Part shown: positions 12,440 through 25,029 of the stretch, in pieces | How the letters are laid out: every line of letters starts with the position of its first letter | How positions within the stretch are numbered: position 1 is the stretch's first letter | DNA from: Octopus bimaculoides | Lineage: Eukaryota | Assembly (NCBI RefSeq): GCF_001194135.2 | Contig: NC_068999.1 | Location: forward strand, 23,661,024 to 23,725,023 | Reading direction: 5' to 3' | DNA: 64,000 nucleotides | Position numbers and translations under genes: made by a program | Notes under the pieces: generated by a model | The model's input: the letters and a program-made list of their open reading frames with translations, nothing else | Database searches by the model: none | Told to the model about the DNA's origin: nothing

Positions 12440-12677
12440 TCTTTGTCTTTTACTTATTTCAGTCATTTGACTGTAGCCATGCTGGGGCACTGCCTTGAAG
12501 GATTTTAGTCAAATAAATCAACCCAAGAAATTACTTTTTTTAAGCCTAGTATTTTATCGGTTCCTTTTGCTAAACTACCAAGTTACACAGACGTAAACAC
12601 ACCAATACAAGCTGTCAAGCAGTGGTGAGGGACAAACAGACACAAAGAGGCACACACGCATACGCACACACACATAT

Positions 12678-12708
<31 letters not shown>

Positions 12709-12865
12709 CGACAGGCTTCTTCCAGTTTCTATCTTCCAAATCCACTCACAAGGCTTTGGTTGGCCCAAAGCTACTGTAAAAACCATTTGCCCAAGGTGCC
12801 ACACTGTGGGGCTGAACCCAGAACCATGTGGTTGGGAAGCAAACTTCTTACCACTTAGCCATGCC
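12440..12865 (-). mobile_element. SINE family A, full length
   Basis: Reverse complement of head + CORE-like segment + microsatellite + tail. Confidence 0.85.
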
Positions 12866-13674
12866 TAAACACAAATTACCACTCTATATTTGATAACAAA
12901 AAATGTATGACTAAAAATAAGATACTTTTTATTTATTTATTTATTTACCGCTAATTACATTTTTTGTGAGAATGAAATATTTGGTGGGGAGGTGGGAGCA
13001 AAATGAGTACTTCCTGATTTTTACTTTTATCCCTAACTGTTTGAAATCATTACGTTGCAAGTATTTCATCACCATTTCGTATTGCTACATTATCTTTGGG
13101 AATAAAAATTGGTCAGCATAGTTGTTGTTGAAGTTGAGGGTTCCGAAACAGTCTGGTGGCAGGTCCTCTTTTTTCAAGAAATTCTTCCTCAACTTTGTCC
13201 TGGTTGTAACTGAGGTTGCTAATAAGATATTTAGATATTTTTTGGTGTTTAACAATCGATATTCTTTTCCCTGATGGATTCCAAGCCAATTTTCTTCTAC
13301 ACTAATGTCTAAATTGATCATTTTCAAGTTTCAAAAAATGATGTCTAAAATGGAGTAAAATGAGTAATAACTAATTTCAGTAATTTCTTCCCTTTAGCTG
13401 CGTGGTGTATAAATTAGGGATGTGCTGCCTAGGTAGGCAGTGCTTACCTTGAATAAAGTAGATTGATAGCAATATTTTCCTCTCATGGCAAAATATTCAC
13501 CTAATTCAATAAAATTATAAAGGGTAATTTGATTGCTATGCGTAAAATGCAAAATAGTTTTTTTTTTTGTAGATTAGGTAGGCATAATTTGCCCCTGCCT
13601 TTCAATCTCAGTATTTAAGCTACGCATAGTACTGCCGTAGTACATGTGCCACCTACAACGTTTTCTGTACATGC

Positions 13675-13707
13675 TATAAAGGCAGTAAATCTGCCTTCAA
13701 CTCAGTC
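13675..13707 (+). promoter_or_regulatory. Candidate TATA + initiator core promoter
   Basis: TATAAA at 13675-13680 and TCAGTC at 13702-13707 (A at 13704, TATA at -29), at the start of the CpG-retaining zone upstream of the alternative exon. Confidence 0.35.
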
Positions 13708-16402
13708 GTGCTCCTGTGTTTCGCTTATTTTTTGTCGTTTTACTACATAAAGGTCACCAACTGTCTACCCTGAAGAATTACTGATGGCACATGCCTGGTG
13801 TAAATAGATCATGAAGAGCACACTCCAGAAGATTGTGAAGAAGCTATAGAGAATTTTTTTATTTAGTCAAGTTTCATCAATTTTATATTATGTGAATCTA
13901 AAATTTTTTTTTGCATTCCTGATCTTTCTGATGTCTAAGGATGGATATTGATGTGTTTGAGTCTGTTTTCTGGAGGATTGAAGAGGCAAATTTACATTAT
14001 CTTGTCTTACTCGTTTTGCCCCAGCCAAATTTGTCTTTTATATGCTCAAAGAGAACGATAATTTTCTTAAATAGTGATCAAATTACGTTATAATGCTTTT
14101 AATGCATTTAGGGAAGGCCATTTGCTTAGCTGATATAGTTTTTTGTGAGGTAGTGAACATTTGTAAACAAAATGTATTTTGTCTCAGTCAAAAGTGCAAT
14201 AAAACACCTCTTTTGCCCCCACCCCTATACTTTGCTGAACTGATTTTCTGTCCAATTTCAAGTGGTACTAAATATGAATAAAACCGAATTTTAATTCGAA
14301 TTATTTTGAAATTTAATTCGAAATATTTTGAAATTTTAGTATAAATATGCGAAAAATGTAATGAATAAATTTAGAAAATGTTCGTAGACTTTATATCAAT
14401 AATTCACTTGTGTTGCAAAAAAAAAGGAGAAAAGAAAGATAAAAGTTTTATATAATATAAAATGTGGTATTTTATCAAATGAGTAGTTAATTAAATGGAT
14501 AGCTGCAGTTAATTACGAGTTGTAGAACAAACGCTTTTTTTTTTACAGTTAATAACTGGTTTGAGAATGAAATCAAAATTGTAAGTCAAAATGTTCGCTC
14601 TGTCACCTGTCTAGCCTCACACTTTATATAAAGGAGAAAAAGAACAACTTTCGTTAGAGCTGAATAGTGTCTTTTAAGTCTATTGTCAGTACCAAATTTT
14701 ATTGATGTCAGCCTTTTTTTATTATACAGACAGACATCTACAGTTTCTAAAAATAAAAGTAAAATACATCAACAAAAAAATCCCCCCAGCTCTCACTAGT
14801 AAAATTCAGGGCAACTATCTTTTGATGTAGTCGTTAATCGACATTCTAGAATTTAAAACTTTTAAAATTTATTTTACTCTTTACTCTTGTTTTCTTTCAT
14901 TGCTTCAACTATGCCTATATATCTTTATTAGATACTTATAATCAGATACAAAATTTAATTATTATTAATTATTATAGTTTAGTTCTTTTCATTTTTAAAA
15001 AAGCAATGATTGTTTTATATACAACCTTTTTTATTGTCTAAACGCATTCATCTTGTTTTAAACTTAATATTTAAAATAAAACGTCTCGGTGTAGTTGAGA
15101 ATGAAATTGTGTTCGGGATGTAACTGGGTCCTATGTCTTTTAGAAATCAAGCGTCATTTTAAAAACAAAGTTACTTTAAAATCAATATGCTTATAAGCAG
15201 CATAAGACTATTGGAAAGTGTGATACTGTTAAACTAAGAAGAAAATTTATAGTATCCCGTTAATCCCAATTAATAACAAAAATCAGTTGCAGATAATGTG
15301 TTATCTAAGAAAGGATTTAATGCTTGGCAACAGAGGTGGACGGCTGTGAAAGGGTTGTTTGTTAGCTTTCTGATAGTTTAGTCTAGTTTTATTTTTAGTA
15401 TTGATAATCTATACTTTGAAACAATATCTGCTAGTAAAAGTAGACAAAAATAAAATTAAATAAAACATTTGACACGTCATGCTGCAAATTGGTTACAGGT
15501 GACTAATTAGTTTACCTGGCCATGGCAGTTGCTGGCCGCTGAAGCTGCCATCCAGTAAACTGGAGAAACTGCAACATATTGGTTAGGACAGGCTTCATGA
15601 AAAATTTCCAGCTCCTTTTAAATATGTAGCATATACTAAGTATAAGAACATTTAATATGTCCTCAAAGCTAAAGCAGTGGAGCGCTAAAGAAAGTATAAT
15701 GATAATTTGGAAGTTTAAAAAAAAATACTGACTTGCTACTTGTAACTGATTTATTTATTACCCTGGCAACAAGTAGCTGTTTCGCCATCTATCTACCTTC
15801 ACCCTTTCTTTCATTGATATGGTTTCGTCAAACATCTATTTCACGGCTACTTTTCTGTTACAGGTCTCCCTTACCTTTTGCTGATTATTTTAACTCGGAA
15901 ATAACTTACATTGTTAACATTTGATGCCATTAATCACCCACTCTTCTCTCTCTTTCCTTTACAATACTACCTGTCCATTTACTAATCGTTAATAACAAAC
16001 TTGTTCCATAGAGCTCTGGACCTGTATATTGACATTTATTGATTACTTTCACACAGGACTTCGTTTCGAGGTCGGAAAAGAAAATTCATCTAAGAAGGAT
16101 ACTTAGGTGAAGCTTCAAGAATATTCTCGTTTTACTTTTTTTCTCTTTTTACTTTCAAAATAATCATATTTGGTCGATATTTAGATGAAAGTTAACTACA
16201 AAAGTTTTTTTTTCTTTTGCTCCTTTCCAGAAGAACTTTCGACTTTCATTCGTTAAAATATTTATTGGTAGTATTGGTACTCGTCTTTGAGTTCTGTAAT
16301 AGATGAAGAGACTAGTAATTAATAAGAGAGGAAAATGGTGGGGGATAAAAAATCAACTATAACTAACGAATAGTTATTGTAGTCGATGTTTACATATTTT
16401 TA

Positions 16403-17637
16403 ATGAAAATGACTCAAAGGGCTTTGAAGAAAAAAAATGTTGGGGGAAAATTCATTGTAAATTCTCAGGAGGACGATTTACCAGTAGATATTTCCAATTA
16501 TAGTTTTGAGAATTCACCGAAGCTAACAAATGGTTCAAACTCGAAAACACCATCATTCCGAAGTGATCTCATTCATCCAGGGTTTGTATTTTTAAAATCT
16601 CGATTGAAAAAAAAATCTGTGATTTCTAAAGCTGATACAAATGAGAAAATTCATGCAGATCCATGTCGTCCATTGTTTCAACTAAAGAAAAAACAGAGTC
16701 CTGATTTAAATGGAGAAGATATTTTCGTGATCACCCCAATCGATGTTGAAAATAATGTAAACAACAACAGCTCTTCTGAAGGTTTCAATTCATTAAAAGA
16801 ACAAACAACTAACGATAGTAGATGTCCTGACTCAATACCTTGTACCTTAGATAATAGAGTTACCAGGTATGTTCTACCCGAAAATGTAGAGGAGGAAGAT
16901 TCTGGGAGGGGAGTTTCTGAAAATTCCGTCTCTGACATAGATTGGCAAGATAAGACGACGTCACATAGAGAAACAGCGACGTCACGTCAGGTAAAAAACG
17001 ACACACCTATTAATTACTTTTCAATCACTAACAGGCCGTCAACTGTTCACGACCCACCTTTAACTTCACAGCGTAACTCGTTCCACCAGCAACAACCACA
17101 CATGTCTCCTTGGCCACTTTCAAACCAACCTTTAAAAATATCAACACAACGTAAAATTTCGAAGCCTTCAGGGGAATTTATTTTAGTCGGACAATACGAA
17201 TCCAGACATGAACCGTTACAATATGCTCCATCTCCTTTAAGTGATTCCAGGGGCAAATATTCCAGCATGCCTTCGTTAGCGATACTTGGAAACAATTCTA
17301 AGGAGGAGAAAAAATTAAAAAAGATATTGAAGAAAGAAAAAAAGAAAGAAGAAAAACGGATGAAAAAAGATATGAAAAACAAAGATTCGTTTCCAAGTTT
17401 TACTTTACCTCACAATACGAAAATTCACAGACCTTATACAGTTTACGAGAAACCAAGGCCTGAATGGAAATTAACCCCTGTCCCTATCTCCATAGAAGAG
17501 CCCTTGTATGCTGTTCCCATCATTTATGACAAACCTAAAATAGACCATTATGCTAGTAGCCCCGATTTATTAAGATTACAGCAGATATATAACATTGGGT
17601 CGCCTGAATGGTTACCCCAACCTGTTGATAACAACAG
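16403..17637 (+). CDS. SHANK: Putative alternative first coding exon of Shank (411 aa low-complexity N-terminus with Lys-rich block and EPLYA motif)
   Basis: 412-codon ORF whose stop falls inside a consensus donor (AAC AG|gtgagt at 17638). In-frame upstream TAA at 16364-16366. Phase 2 matches the PDZ exon at 38676. Confidence 0.75.
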
Positions 17638-17691
17638 GTGAGTATTTTTTTCCCTCCATTCTTTTGGTCCCTCAGTGTTTTTATTTAAATT

Positions 17692-17732
<41 letters not shown>

Positions 17733-18914
17733 CTCTTTTTTATACTGTGTTTGTGTGTGTGTGTCCCCGTCCTTATTGTACATTCTCATGTGTATATTTT
17801 TCACACAAGATACAGGTGGCTTGTTAAGTTCTGTTCCAACCTAGTTCACCTACTAATGTTTTTTTATTTTATTTTCTAACTGCTATAATTACTTCCAGTT
17901 GTTAATTGTGTAATGTTAATGTAAAATACAATTTCCCAAACTAACAATTAAATGGTACAAGATCGGTAGGACTACATTTAATTATTAGAATTGTAAAGTT
18001 TGCATTAAAACACTCACCATAAAAATGGCTCGAAATTCAGAATGATGATAATATGACCTAAATTAATTTCGGTTCTAAAATCTTTCTCCTTTTAGCACCA
18101 GAACAACATTAACTAGATGGTTAATGATTAGCTCTATTTCGGCTCTGATGGAGCAGAACTGTAGTCGAAATCACCCCAGCGTTGTCTCACCTGTTTGTTG
18201 TTGTTGTTGTTGCTTAAGCCCAGAGTCGGTCATGATTGAGACTTGACGTATGATCAAAGGCATTCTTACCGTGACTATCCCATCTATTTTCAAGTTTGTC
18301 AAATGCTTAGTTATTCTGAGACAATATAGGTGTGGTATAAGGTTAGGTGGACGGGTTGTTTATTAGAGTTTGTCTAGAGAATAGGAGCGGCAATGTATTT
18401 TAGAAATACATAATGGGTAAATATTATGTGTGGGTGAATAGATATTTGGGCGTAAATTATTAATGAATGAGAGCAGCACACATTGTCAACAAAAAGCTGA
18501 TCACCATGAGGCAAAGTGTTTAATTATGACAGCAAAAGATATTTAGTAACACACACATTTAATAACAGTTTGACTCAGTTTCTTATGACTTACTCCTGCC
18601 AATGTTTTGAGTGTCACATTCTTTCGTTTGTTCACTCACTCGTGAGTGCGTATGTATAGACACACACACACAAGTTAGATGATGGGACCACAAAGTCTCT
18701 TAAATAAGGAGATACACAGAATATATTTGGTTTAGCGTAAAATATTTGTTTAAAAACAAAACGTCCAGTTATTGTCTAGAGAACCTCAAGGTACAAGCTT
18801 ATTGATTTCTCATCCAGGCTCTGATCAGGAATTGTAGTGCTTGAAACCTATTGGTTTACAAACTTTTGGATATTAGTTGGATGGTCTAACGCTCGCGCGC
18901 GCGTACATATAATC

Positions 18915-19180
18915 ACGCCTGTGTGGCTGTGTGGTATGAAGTTTACTTCCCAACCACATGGTTCTGGGTTCAGTCCTACTGCGTGGCATCTTGGGCAAAT
19001 ATCTTCTATAGCCTCAGGCCAACCAAAGCCTTGTTAGACGGAAACTAAAAGCAGCCCATCGTATATACATTTATGTAAATGTATACACTTGTTTGTTCCC
19101 ACTACCACTCGACAACTGGTGTTGGTGTGTTTACATCCCTGAACGTAGTTGTTCGGCAAAAGAAATGCAAAGTATAGATA
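18915..19180 (+). mobile_element. SINE family A with internal deletions
   Basis: gtggctgtgtggtatgaagtttacttcccaaccacatggttctgggttcagtcc...ttgggcaaat...gacaactggtgttggtgtgtttacatccc. Confidence 0.8.
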
Positions 19181-19209
19181 CATATATACACGGCCATGTA
19201 ATCACACAC

Positions 19210-19380
19210 GTACTTTTCTTGGACTATACTTTTCCTTCTCTCCGGACCATTCTTTCCGACGAAGATCCATGCTCAAGACGTCACACACCTTTTTTCCATC
19301 TTAACCTGAGCGTCGACCTAACATATTCAATGTACGTCGTTTTGACTTTTGTTGTTCTTATTTTTGATTTGCCGACACAC
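19210..19380 (+). mobile_element. Penelope-like pseudo-LTR relic with a decayed hammerhead motif
   Basis: CCGACGA-a-gatccatgctc-AAGACGTC at 19256-19282 (GAAA core mutated). Confidence 0.45.
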
Positions 19381-20213
19381 GCACACACAAAAGACAATAC
19401 TAGAGGGAAGGGCAAGTTAGATAGATTGATATTAAAAAGAACAAAGCAGAAAGTTTGACAAATATGGTATTACTTTAATACTTGAGATGAGAGTCTCTTA
19501 CCAGGAAAAAAAATTAAATAACTACAAAGAGAGAAATAAATTGAGGAAATTGATTNNNNNNNNNNGCAAAATTGCATTAAAAAAATTTCAAAGGGAACGG
19601 AGGATGCAAGAGGAGGTTAAGGTCGACAAACGAGGGTGACTGTCATTTTATGGGGTTGGAATGAGAAGGTAATAAGGGGCTTGTTTTCGTATGGAGACAT
19701 GTATCAGAATGTTTCTGTACATGGAAGCATGCAAAAGAAACAACGGTGTAGGTATGTGTATGTGTGGGTGCGGTTGTGTTGGTTGGTGGGATGGTGGATC
19801 TTGGTGTATATGTGTGTATTTTAAGTTTTTTGCGTGGGCAATGTGAAAAGTGTATATGCAAAGCTGTGTGTATGAAAATAAAATTATTGAAATACTTCTA
19901 CATAATATATACATATGTGTATACACACACACACACACACACACACACGCTCACTTTCTCTTACGTGTGTGTATTTATATGACAGAAAGAATTAATGAAG
20001 TCAAAGCTATACATAGTATGAGGCACAAGATAGCAATTTCACGTGTGAATACTTCTATTTAATTTCTCTTTAAAGACACCCATATTTATACACACACAAC
20101 CATGTGTGTGTGTGGTAAGGAAGGATTGGTGTGGTAAGGAATTCTTGTCAAAAATACATTCGAAATCTATGCATGTGTGTGTGTATTTATATAGATATTA
20201 AAGTATATTGATA

Positions 20214-20290
<77 letters not shown>

Positions 20291-21284
20291 AATAATAAGG
20301 AGAATAGAGATTTTTCACATCCATAAATTTTAACTGTTATTTACAGCATATTCTCCAGACCTACACATGTTTCATCTGCAGCGAATGCACATTATATATA
20401 TATATGGGTATTAATGTACCTTTAAAGTCTAAAAAGTACAACCACATTCCATAATGTAGCTCTCAGTGCACAATTGATTGTGTATGTAAAGGACGATAAA
20501 ATGGTTCTAGCAGGAGTACCTTGTGTTACAAGTTTCCTCCATCAGGGATGACCTCTTCGGCATATCTCATGTTTACAGAAGTTGTGAGTTCATGTTCTGT
20601 GGGTAGCCTTCAGCATTTTTCCATTCATAGGGTTTTTGTAACTCAATTTTCAGTGTCCCATTCACTAGCATAGCAAAAGTGTGTGCCGCTCAGAGTGGCC
20701 CTTCCGTTTTCCGCCCCCACCCCACAAAAAACATTGCCCACAACAGGATGAAAAGTACCACCCCTACCATTCCCCTCCGCTAAGCTAGTAGCCCCATTAT
20801 TTATAGCTTTATCTTTTTATAGTTCCACGACTAAAAATAGATACATGTGTATCTATATATATAAAACTGTGAATGTGTGTCTGTCTGTCCGTATGTGTGC
20901 ATCACAAAAACTCGAGAACTACCCAATCGATTTCATTCATATTTTATACATGGGCCAAAAATATTTTCAACTTCTTGTCTAATGTGAGCCCGTGGCGATC
21001 TCTTATACTGTTTCCGTACTTCATGTCAAAAGCAAAACAATAACATCACTATTAATACTTTCACTATTATATGGTTTAAATTTCAATTACTTTCATTGTG
21101 TATCTATGCATATTAGTTTCATTTTTATTACTTTCAATATGTATTTATATACATGTTTGTATATATATATATATATAAATAATAATAATATAAATAATAT
21201 ATATAAATATATGCATATATACATACATATATGTACATACCTACATATATATATATGTGTGTGTGTGTGTACAAAAACATGCAT

Positions 21285-21720
21285 ATATGGGTACAGTACA
21301 TCAAAAGAACGTTAAAAAACAATGAGAAACGAAAGCATAGAAAACGATTTTTTTTTCGAACAATAGAAAAAACAAACAGAGAAACGAGACAATGCAACAT
21401 AAAGAATATTCCCCTTCATCAGTTGTCCCTGTTTCATCTCCTCTGCATTTCAAAGGTAAGGACAATACGTGACTTCGTTGAAACATTCATTCGCGCAAAT
21501 CAAATTTGGGATTTTTTGTGGAGGGTGAAAGTGTTAACAAAAACAGGACAGTGAGAACAAGACAGTAAAAACAAACGGTGAGGGCTGTTGAGCCAAGACG
21601 ATAGAAAAATTATTATGAATGCTAAGAAGACGGGCTATGAGAGGAGACAGGTAAAAGCACATCTTGTCTTTAGGAAAGAAATGGACAGGTGTCAGCGACG
21701 AGAGAGTCAAGAAGAAAAAG
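21285..21720 (-). mobile_element. Probable solo Penelope-like pseudo-LTR
   Basis: Begins like the terminal segment of the PLE at 25030-25150; minus strand contains ggacaaCTGATGAagggg. Confidence 0.4.
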
Positions 21721-22709
21721 TGAGAGATAGAGAGAGAAGGGGGGAATAGGGAAAGGATGGGAGATGAATGATGGATAATTTACTTATAAATTCTACATTC
21801 AGTTACTTTCTTATTACTTGACCATTCCCTTTCCTCTTCGAGAGAGAGATAAAACTCATCATTAAATGTCCATACTGGTATTGATTAGGCAGTCCAAGAG
21901 GAGCTTGCAAACTGCAGGACTGCATTAAGTTCCAATGTCTGTTTTGGCATGGTTTCTATGGCTAGACACCCTTTCTAACAGTTTGTTAATTCTCATTCTA
22001 AAGGACCATAGGAACACAACTCTTACTTCCCCTCACTCCTTTTCTCTTTTCTGTTTTTCATTTAATTTCTATTCTCTCAGCGTTTCTGACTTTTTCTCAT
22101 AGAGCACCTATGATTTTATTTTGAGCCTGAAAGATTACAGGATAGTACATGGCACACTATACAATCTCATCTGACTAATGTGACTGTTGTACTGTCAGAG
22201 CATGAAACTTGCAGCTGCTCACATTTAAACCCTTTGTTTATAAAAGTCTATGTGTATGTGTGTGAATTTACATAATAGGTACATTCAATTTGAAACAGCT
22301 GTAAGAGACCATCTGTACACCTTATTACTTCCTTCTTATGATCTATACTCATGTAGCTACTCAATCATCATGTCTAAAGATATAAATGCCACAATTGAAC
22401 CTGATACCAATGTTTTATACTTTTATGTATATATATGTTTATATTTGCATGTATGTGTGTAGTATGTATGTATAGTTGGCCCCTTCCTTCATATTGTAAC
22501 CTTTCACTGTTGAATATAAAGCTCCCCCACTCTATTGTAACCCCATTCAGCTGACAAGGTTCTTAGTCTTGCAAACAACATGGCAACCTCACTAATGTTG
22601 GTGCCATGAATATAAACACACTATACTCTGTAAAGGGGTTGGCTTAAGGATTGGTATCAAGCAATAGAAACCATGCCAGAGTAGACACTGCAGCATGACA
22701 CATTCCTCT

Positions 22710-23185
22710 TATAATGGAAGGCAAGGTTCTCGATATCGGTTGAATATCGCCTTCTCCCATTTAATTTCTTGTTATTTGTGTTGTTTAAGGCTCCAGCAGG
22801 CAAGGAAAGAAGTCTTAGGCAACACACAGATTCTCAAACAGTTTTATTTACACCATACACAAGGGTGAAAGTGTGTTGCTCTCTGTAGCTATCTCATGCA
22901 ATGTGATTTTGTCGTTCTTCGTCACGCAGGACATTGCCTCAGGAGAGACGACAAGCGGATTGGCCTAGAGGCCCAGCCAGGGAAGTGTGCTCTGCAAGCA
23001 GTCGCAGGGAAAAAGAGAGATCAAACCTCGCTGCTTGTTCCTTTTATTTAGTTTGCCATCGCAAGCCTTGTTGTGATCTCGCGCATGGCAAATGGATGCA
23101 GGTGAGGTCTCGCTCCAGTCTCAGAGATAGCAATGGCTGCCGCGAGATCTCATCCAATATGGTGCTGACTGCTTGAGCCGCCACA
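22710..23185 (-). mobile_element. Solo LTR (476 bp) inserted into an RTE 3'-tail element
   Basis: Minus strand TGTGGCGG...AATAAA...CCATTATA (CA>TA end); ctct target duplication at 22706-22709 and 23186-23189; CpG-rich; the interrupted tail element resumes on the far side. Confidence 0.65.
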
Positions 23186-23978
23186 CTCTCATCCATTGGG
23201 TTCTATTAAACCATCCAACCTATGCCAGCATGGAAGATGAATGATGGATAATTTACTTATAAATTCTACACTCAGTTACTTTTTTATCACTTGACCATTT
23301 CCTTTCCTCATCCACTAGTTTCTTTGAATATTCTTCTACTGCAGACTGACCAGCAAATAAAGTTGTTAGACAGTAGTAATCTTCCCTATGCTATATACTC
23401 TAACATATACAGACTAACATACTCTAACACTTGGTCATGTCTTGACCTCCCAGTACTGTGAATTTGGCAAATATATAGTACATCAGGGAAGGTAATTTGA
23501 TGTATGCGTTACCTACAATCCCACTATTGCTAGTTTTTGTTGCAGAATCTGAAAATCTACCATTATAACTTCAAAACTTATTCTCTGTAGAGGATGATTA
23601 GAGGTTAACTATTCCATTAAGTAATTCATTAATTGATTGATTTATTATGCATACAAGCCATTGTATAACATGGAAATACTTTGTAAAGCCATTTAAAACG
23701 TTTGTAAGTGAATAAAGTTGGATAAGAATATAATTTTTCATTGTTTATCTGACTGCTGTTATTCCCTATGATTAATGTACCAACCTATTGGTTGGTGATT
23801 AACCTTGGATTTACAGTTTGTACATATTGCTCAGTGTGTTTAACCTATATGGATTACTATATGCTTCACTGGACATTCTGCTAGCCAGGTTTATTGTATG
23901 GAGTATTGACTCAAGTATTCGCCTGGATTTCTTCAATTCCTATTTTCCTTCACTGTGCATTTATATATNNNNNNNNNN

Positions 23979-24009
<31 letters not shown>

Positions 24010-24914
24010 GTGTGTGTGTGTGTGTGTGTATAGATATATATATAAGAAGTTGAAAATGCACTGGGATTCATAAGAGATTTTCTATTTAAAAATTTTTAAA
24101 GACTTGACCAGTTTCACAGATTTCTCTGATTTTCAAAAGTTGAAATAGAAAGACATGAGGCGATGTCAAAAGTGTCTTGCTTCTGACTGGAGTTCAAAAT
24201 TTCTTTTGTTTTTATCGAGAGAACATAGCACAAATTAAGTATCTGGTTCTGATACAATTTGATTGGCCAAGGATGATCTCGTGATTAGGTTTAGAAATTT
24301 TTGTAACTATCTTGCTACATCCATTCTTTAATGCCATGTGTCAACATGTTACGTGCTGTAAGTTAAAGCTATCACGGTTGATTGAATGTGTCTTATAACA
24401 GTCTCAAACAATCAAGGCTCTCTGAATTTAATGTCAAGTGTGGTAGAGGATGTTCACATGATTAAGCTTAGAAAGTTTTGTAGGTTCCCAGCTCCGTCCA
24501 TGCATCAATATCTGTAACAAATTTGCTGGCCTTGTGCCTAAATTTGAAACCAATGTCATGTGAGAATATTTTTGCACTGAAAACTAAAGCTGACCCACTT
24601 GAGTGAACATATCTAGTGACAGTCCCTAACTATCAAATCTCTAAATTTAATCTGTCATGTGATAGAGTGGACAAGGGTTGTTCCTATGTAGCCCAGTGGC
24701 TGAATATTTATGCTTTGTATCTTATATATGTAGGTATAATATTTTGTTCTCCACTAAATTTGTGCATTAGTGTAATGTGAGAAAATGTGATTGTGTCCAA
24801 AGTATAGGTTGTTGGTGATTTAAAAATATTAGGAAATGCAAAACAACTTGAAAATGCATAGACACAGGTTTAATTGAAGAGTGAAATTAGTTCTGTCTTG
24901 GTTGTATTTATGCA

Positions 24915-24959
<45 letters not shown>

Positions 24960-25029
24960 TATATGAGTATATGCATATATATGTACATGTATGTACATAC
25001 CTTCATCTACATGTACATATAGATACATA

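Noticed and set aside
13085-13327. 80-aa minus-strand ORF
   Set aside because: No recognisable motif or splice signals.
14281-14340. ttcgaa/gaa-ttc repeats as heat-shock elements
   Set aside because: Spacing does not give three consecutive nGAAn units; just a short AT-rich duplication.
16057-16107. Small AG..GT-bounded segment upstream of the alternative exon
   Set aside because: Weak donor, no Shank similarity; could be a 5' UTR exon but unsupported.
1-16400. Search for Shank ankyrin/SH3 exons
   Set aside because: None recognised; they presumably lie upstream of the window.
16678-17382. Minus-strand ORFs opposite the Shank exons (also 44298-46485)
   Set aside because: Antisense shadows of biased coding sequence.
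20780-21000. Possible Helitron ends (ctagt; tctatatatataaaa)
   Set aside because: No matching 3' hairpin/CTAG for the putative 5' end; too weak to call.
21400-21475. Possible type III hammerhead on the minus strand (GTA-ttgtcc...ggacaa-CTGATGA)
   Set aside because: No GAAA or closing stem III found after stem II; incomplete.
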